In this document: positions 61,387 through 64,000 of the stretch, in pieces
Layout of the letters: the number at the start of each line of letters is the position of its first letter
Position numbering within the stretch: position 1 is the stretch's first letter
Translations under genes and position numbers: made by a program
Notes under the pieces: model-generated
Databases searched by the model: none
Told to the model about the DNA's origin: nothing
What the model saw: the letters and a program-made list of their open reading frames with translations, nothing else
NCBI GenBank assembly: GCA_002269645.1
Contig: NIVC01001511.1
Location: 298,151 to 362,150 of the forward strand
DNA length: 64,000 nt
Origin: Macrostomum lignano
Taxonomy: Eukaryota
Direction of reading: 5' to 3'

Positions 61387-61993
61387 GTAAGTAGTAAGGC
61401 GAACAACTATTTCAAAACTTAATGTGATCGATGAGGATCGTTTAAGAAAAAGTTTACGGTCTTTAAAAAGAAAAAACACGCCTCATCAGACACAGGAAGT
61501 GAGAGTTTCTCATGGCCGGAGCTGTTTCGCTTCCAAATTACTGCAACTGCATCTAGAACTAAGGGGAGAAAGCACAGGAAGGGGTCGCCGTCTTATTCAC
61601 TGATTAATTTAAACAAAATATAATGAAACTGGACACACGCAAGGAGATCATACGCCAAGGATCTAGAGTGTCAGCGCTTTCCTCATGCCCAGTTTTAGAC
61701 ATCGGTAAGCTCAAGTTTCTTAGCTGCGTCATGGTTTACTCGTAGATCAATCAGTGTGCAGACAATCGCGCATAAATGCATGCTAATTTATTTTTTGTCT
61801 ATGGTAAATTTGAAGTCTTCTGCCATAATTCCATAGAGCTAACGCGCACTCGTGGAAAGACCTCTCAGAGACACCCTGTACGTCAGTAGCGAGGTTCCAG
61901 CGAGCAGGGTTCACTGATGCCATCGGAGTTCTGTAGTTCTTCATTCCACAGATGAATACTACCAACTCGAAGTTGACGACCAAATGGGTCTAT

Positions 61994-63015
61994 GAGAATT
62001 TCCCGCACGAAGTTTTCCCGCCACGAGGTTTTCCCGCAGCGAGGTTTTCTCGCGGTTGTTTCCAGTCGGAATTCAAGTCAAATCCAATCGGATTTTAAAT
62101 CTAGTCTAGTCTAGTTCTAATATAGTCTAGTCTAGTCTAGTCTGGTCTAGTCTGATCTAGTTTAGTTCTAGTCTAGTCTAGTCTAGTCTAGTCTAGTCTA
62201 GTCTAGTCTAGTCTAGTCTAGTCTAGTCTAGTCTGATCTAGTTTAGTTCTAATCTAGTCTAGTCTAGTCTAGTCTAGTCTGATCTAGTTTAGTTCTAGTC
62301 TAGTCTAGTCTAGTCTGATCTAGTTTAGTTCTAGTCTAGTCTAGTCTAGTCTGATCTAGTTTAGTTCTCATCTAGTCTAGTCTAGTCTAGTCTAGTCTGA
62401 TCTAGTTTAGTTCTAATCTAGTCTAGTCTAGTCTAGTCTAGTCTGATCTAGTTTAGTTCTAGTCTAGTCTAGTCTAGTCTAGTCTAGTCTAGTCTAGTCT
62501 GGTCTAATCTAGTCTAGTCTAGTCTAGTCTAGTCTAGTCTAGTCTAGTCTGATCTAGTTTAGTTATAATCTAGTCTAGTCTAGTCTAGCCTAGTCTAGTC
62601 TGATCTAGTTTAGTTCTAATCTAGTCTAGTCTGGTCTAGTCTGGTCTAGTCTAGTGCTAATCTAGTCTAGTCTGGTCTAGTCTAGTCTAGTCTAGTCTAG
62701 GCTAGTTCTAATCTAGTCTAGTCTAGTCTATTCTAGTCTTGTCTGATCTAGTTTAGTTCTAATCTAGTCTAGTCTAGTGTAGTCTAGTCTAGTCTAGTCT
62801 AGTCTAGTCTAGTCTAGTCTGACGGTCTAGTCTGGTCTAGTGTAGTGCTAATCTAGTCTAGTCTTGTCTAGTCTAGACTAGTCTAGTCTAGTCTAGTCTA
62901 GTCTAGGCTAGTCTAGGCTAGTTTTAATCTAGTCCAGCATTGTCTAATAGACTGGATTATGACTTGAAATTCCGACAGGAAAAACCCTGCAGGAAAACCT
63001 TGGCGGGAAATTCTC
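61994..63015. mobile_element. Imperfect-TIR element with a (TCTAG)n core (62101-62935)
   Basis: Left GAGAATTTCCCGC..AGGTTTTCCCGCAG..GTCGGAATTCAAGTC versus right GACTTGAAATTCCGAC..CTGCAGGAAAACCT..GCGGGAAATTCTC. Confidence 0.7.
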
Positions 63016-63472
63016 GTGCTCCCGACCAAATCTAAGCACATCAGGGATATCCACATCCCATTCATATCCATATCCCCTTTCTACTGGCAACTAAATAAGA
63101 TGCTAGAAATTGCAGTGCATTAATCCCTTAAGTTGCTTACAAAATCCAAATTCTAGTTTAAAGCCTCCCTGACGCAGTCTCCACAACTGACCAGTGTCCG
63201 TCTAAAATCTAGTTTTGCGCCAAGCAACTTAGGCGCAGGGTGCTGTCCTGTTTTGGATGGACCTTCCTGTGCTGCGGGTGCAACACAGGGTATCGAATTT
63301 CGAGTCCAGTCCTCGCCGAACTCTGAGACGCTGCAGCTATCAGTATGAGTGTCAGTGTCTGATGATGGAGTCACTTTGCACCTGCCTGTCAGGAAGACAT
63401 ACATGTAGAACAGATCGTGTCCTCTTCTGACCTTTGCCTCTGTGCATTAATTAGCAATAGGAATGGATCAGG

Positions 63473-63875
63473 TTAGATTAGATTATATTATACTAGCTAT
63501 ATTAGATTAGATTAGACTAGATTCGACTATGCTATATTAGATTAGATCAGATCAGATTAGATTAGATTAGATTAGATTAGATTAGATTAGAGATAAGCTC
63601 AGATTAGAGATTAGATTAGAGATGAGATTTATTAGGATCTCAGATTAGATCGATTAGATTAGTTTATATTCGATTAGATTAGATTAGATTAGATTAGGAT
63701 CAGATTAGAGTAGATTTGATTTGATTAGATTTGATTAGATTATATTAGATAAGATTAGAGATGAGATAAAATTAGCTCAGATTAGATCAGTTTAGATTAG
63801 ATTAGATTAGATTAGATTAGATTAGATTAGTTTACATTAGATTAGATTAGATTAAATCGGATTAGACTAGATCTA
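63473..63875. repeat. Degenerate (GATTA)n satellite
   Basis: Direct reading. Confidence 0.9.
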
Positions 63876-64000
63876 GATGAGAGAAGAACCGACTCTGTGA
63901 AGTCCAAGCCAGCTCTGCTAGACAGCCGTAGACTGTGTGAATGCAGGAAGCAGCTGCTTTGCCTCTTCCTGTCCCCATGGTAGTCCTCACTGTTAAGCCA

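Noticed and set aside
63153-63410. Possible further exon of the TSPN gene (EFRVQSSPNSETLQLSV..)
   Set aside because: No confident splice sites or domain match; left unassigned.

Overview
Repeat-rich eukaryotic (animal) genomic DNA with GT-AG introns. The style (GC-rich exons, minisatellite-filled introns, GATA tracts) suggests a flatworm such as Macrostomum, but that is inference only. (1) 1-14.3 kb is a retroelement nest: a decayed minus-strand Mag-type Ty3/Gypsy element interrupted by two younger related Gypsy elements with exact 5-bp TSDs, one of them intact with near-identical LTRs. Gypsy RNase H, DIRS/Ngaro recombinase and P/THAP-like transposase scraps flank the nest. (2) 14.8-27.3 kb is a dense cluster of 4-5 Crypton-type tyrosine-recombinase fragments, all on the + strand, mixed with nested TIR and palindromic MITEs and strongly enriched for the octamer CCATAGAC; this is the most unusual region. 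(3) 29.1-31.5 kb is an intronless secreted PAN + Thr-mucin + ALK/LTK-like glycine-rich protein. (4) 37-61 kb holds + strand host genes (RNF170, U2SURP/SR140, ASAH1, and a TSPN/LamG + mucin gene), and most of their introns carry their own tandem repeat. No rRNA, tRNA or CRISPR arrays were recognised. All coordinates and counts were read by eye.
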